The translations under genes and the position numbers were made by a program. DNA of 64,000 nucleotides from Alphaproteobacteria bacterium (GTDB lineage Bacteria > Pseudomonadota > Alphaproteobacteria > UBA828). Within the stretch, counting starts at the first letter, position 1. The number at the start of each line of letters is the position of its first letter. A model generated the notes under the pieces. That model saw only the letters and a list, made by a program, of their open reading frames with translations. It was not told the DNA's origin and did not search any database. The stretch spans positions 960,001 to 1,024,000 of the forward strand of contig CBDCRW010000004.1 of NCBI GenBank assembly GCA_965221125.1. Reading direction: 5' to 3'. Below, piece after piece: positions 62,539-64,000 of the stretch.

Positions 62539-63484
62539 GTGAAAGGTTCCTACCGGCGCGGCCGCTTATCCGCGTGACTCTGCCCCCCCCCCCCCCCCGA
62601 GGGAAGCAGGCTGCGAACTCGCCCTTGATCCATTCGCGGAATGCCTGGACTTCGGGCCGATTGTGAGCGGCTCTGTCCATCAACAGACCGTAGCTTTCCT
62701 CGACCCTCATGCTCTCGGCAATCGGGCGCACGAGCCGGCCCGAGGCGAGGTCGTCAAGAGCCATCGCGTCGTTGGCGAGCATGACGCCCTTGCCTCTGCG
62801 TACGGCATCGAGCAGCAAGGCGGGGGTCAGACGAGGGCCGTCTCTCAACTCTGAGCTGTCCAGGCCCACGGCCTCGATGAACTCCGGCCAGCCGGGCCAT
62901 CCCCAAGAATTCCCGACGGTCTCATAGTGCAGAAGGGTAGCCCCGGCCAGACCGTCGCGTCCACAGATTCCGGGGCAGCAAACGGGAAACACCTTCTCGG
63001 CGGCACTTAGGCGCTCGGCGATCACGCTCGGACCCTCTTCCAGACGTCCCCACGAGATGACGAGGTCGATGCTCCTTGTCGTGCCCATCTTCTCGGCCGA
63101 ATCGATGAGAATGATCTCGGTGTCCGGTCTCTGCTCGCTGAACCTGTCGAGTCGCGGCAGCAGCCAGCAAGAAGCGAACATCGGTGGCACCATGGCGCGC
63201 AGCCTGGCACCGCGCGCCGGCCGCTTGAGGCGGTCGATGGCCTCGTCGATGCAGGAAAAGACATCCTCAAGCCCTTTTTCGAGCTCTCTGCCGTCCGCGG
63301 TGAGTCGCATGCAGCGTCCGTCCCGGACAAGGAGGGCCAGGCCGACGTTCTCCTCGAGGCTCTTGATCTGGCGGCTGACGGCGCCGGGCGTAACGCCGAG
63401 CTCGCGGGCTGCGGCGGTTACGGAGAGGGTTTGCGCGACGGCGTGGAAGGCTCTGAGGGCGTTGAGCGAGGTCGTCGTCGTCAT
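62528..63484 (-). CDS. LysR-family regulator (GcvA-like), paralog of 58198-59112
   Basis: SLNALRAF.AVA..LSV.AAA.ELGVTPGAVSRQIKSLE and DDLASGRLVRPIA. A G16 tract lies near the 3' end. Confidence 0.92.
   Translation of the reverse strand: MTTTTSLNALRAFHAVAQTLSVTAAARELGVTPGAVSRQIKSLEENVGLALLVRDGRCMRLTADGRELEKGLEDVFSCIDEAIDRLKRPARGARLRAMVPPMFASCWLLPRLDRFSEQRPDTEIILIDSAEKMGTTRSIDLVISWGRLEEGPSVIAERLSAAEKVFPVCCPGICGRDGLAGATLLHYETVGNSWGWPGWPEFIEAVGLDSSELRDGPRLTPALLLDAVRRGKGVMLANDAMALDDLASGRLVRPIAESMRVEESYGLLMDRAAHNRPEVQAFREWIKGEFAACFPRGGGGGRVTRISGRAGRNLSHGG
62583..62598. repeat. C16 homopolymer (G16 on the LysR coding strand)
   Basis: 16 consecutive C. Confidence 0.9.
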
Positions 63485-63500
63485 GGTTGCCCGCCGATCG

Positions 63501-63617
63501 TTGAGTTTTTGTAAACATGTTCTTGAGAATTTCTCAACCTTTGAGCCCAGATCAATGCCATGTTGAGTTTTTCTCCAGTATTGACTTTATATCAATGCCT
63601 TATTGAGAATTATTCGT
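63501..63617. promoter_or_regulatory. Array of six TTGAG-N5-CTCAA-like boxes (putative LysR operators)
   Basis: Boxes start at 63501, 63523, 63541, 63563, 63581 and 63603 (spacings 22/18/22/18/22). Confidence 0.65.
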
Positions 63618-63684
63618 TTGTGTTTCGCTGCGACTTGCGGCATTTGGGTTCACCACGCACCGCAAGCTGTAGCATGAGCACAGC

Positions 63685-64000
63685 ATGAACGCCAGTCCAG
63701 TCGACAGTCTCCGGGAGACCGGTGGGAACGCCAAGGTAAGGCGGACCGCAGCCGAGTCTGCCTGTTCACGGCTGCATTTTCATGCGCCTGCGGGTCTGCT
63801 GCGGAGCCTGCATTCCTTTCTTTGCGCGCGCGGCGGTGGCGGCGCCATCGAGTCGGCGATCGCGATTGCGGTGCTGGTCACGGTCTTCGCCGGCCTCATG
63901 GCGATCGCTCATGCCGCCTACGAGGACGACAGGATGGGCCGTGCGGCGCGTGCGGCCGCCCGCGCCGTAGCCCTTGTGACCGATACCACGGCGTCCCAGC
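63685..64000 (+). CDS. TadE-like pseudopilin, 3'-truncated by the window edge
   Basis: The frame is open from ATG 63685: ...FL.ARGG-GGAIESAIAIAVLVTVFAGLM.....AARAAARAVAL, a prepilin G|xxxxE site followed by a TM helix and AAR..AR. Confidence 0.75.
   Translation, partial: MNASPVDSLRETGGNAKVRRTAAESACSRLHFHAPAGLLRSLHSFLCARGGGGAIESAIAIAVLVTVFAGLMAIAHAAYEDDRMGRAARAAARAVALVTDTTASQ

Noticed and set aside
62528-62600. Frameshift-driven LysR-ROK fusion
   Set aside because: An in-frame TAA lies between the G tract and the ROK ATG.
63501-63617. 40-bp periodic array as a mini-CRISPR
   Set aside because: Units are short degenerate palindromes with 3-7 bp gaps in a divergent promoter, which fits operator sites better.

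Overview
High-GC bacterial DNA, probably alphaproteobacterial judging from the MreB and IHF-alpha sequences. Bases 1 to ~27.2 kb are the backbone of an ICE/plasmid-like element with all backbone genes on +: a PAPS-reductase-like fragment, ParB-like, GHKL ATPase, RadC, methyltransferase-strawberry-notch helicase, AbrB/PIN toxin-antitoxin pair, SLOG, macrodomain-AlkB, SSB, Toprim, DUF2493 and an RHH protein. The rest is a mosaic of metabolic/regulatory cargo and gene remnants: barbiturase, deaminase, malonyl-CoA decarboxylase, penicillin-acylase-like, an orphan mreB, IorAB-like oxidoreductase, Rrf2, SOUL, TonB receptor, IHF and two LysR/Tad cassettes. Three mobile elements each interrupt a gene, and their junctions can be read to the base. 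(1) A 3.4-kb large-serine-recombinase element (9585-12975) in the strawberry-notch gene. (2) A 3.4-kb RIT element (18116-21558) in alkB. (3) A 4.6-kb TGT...ACA transposon (46725-51345) in a LysR gene, with a translationally coupled RepA-like helicase. The most striking observation is in element 1: recreating its attP joins an ATG that lies 1 nt after the recombinase stop in frame to the start-less DUF5372 ORF at the other end, so that gene seems to exist only in the excised circle. The ParB-like protein also ends in an FtsZ-type tail (LDIPAFLRR). I saw no rRNA, tRNA or CRISPR array. All family assignments come from motif recognition by eye; no database search was run.
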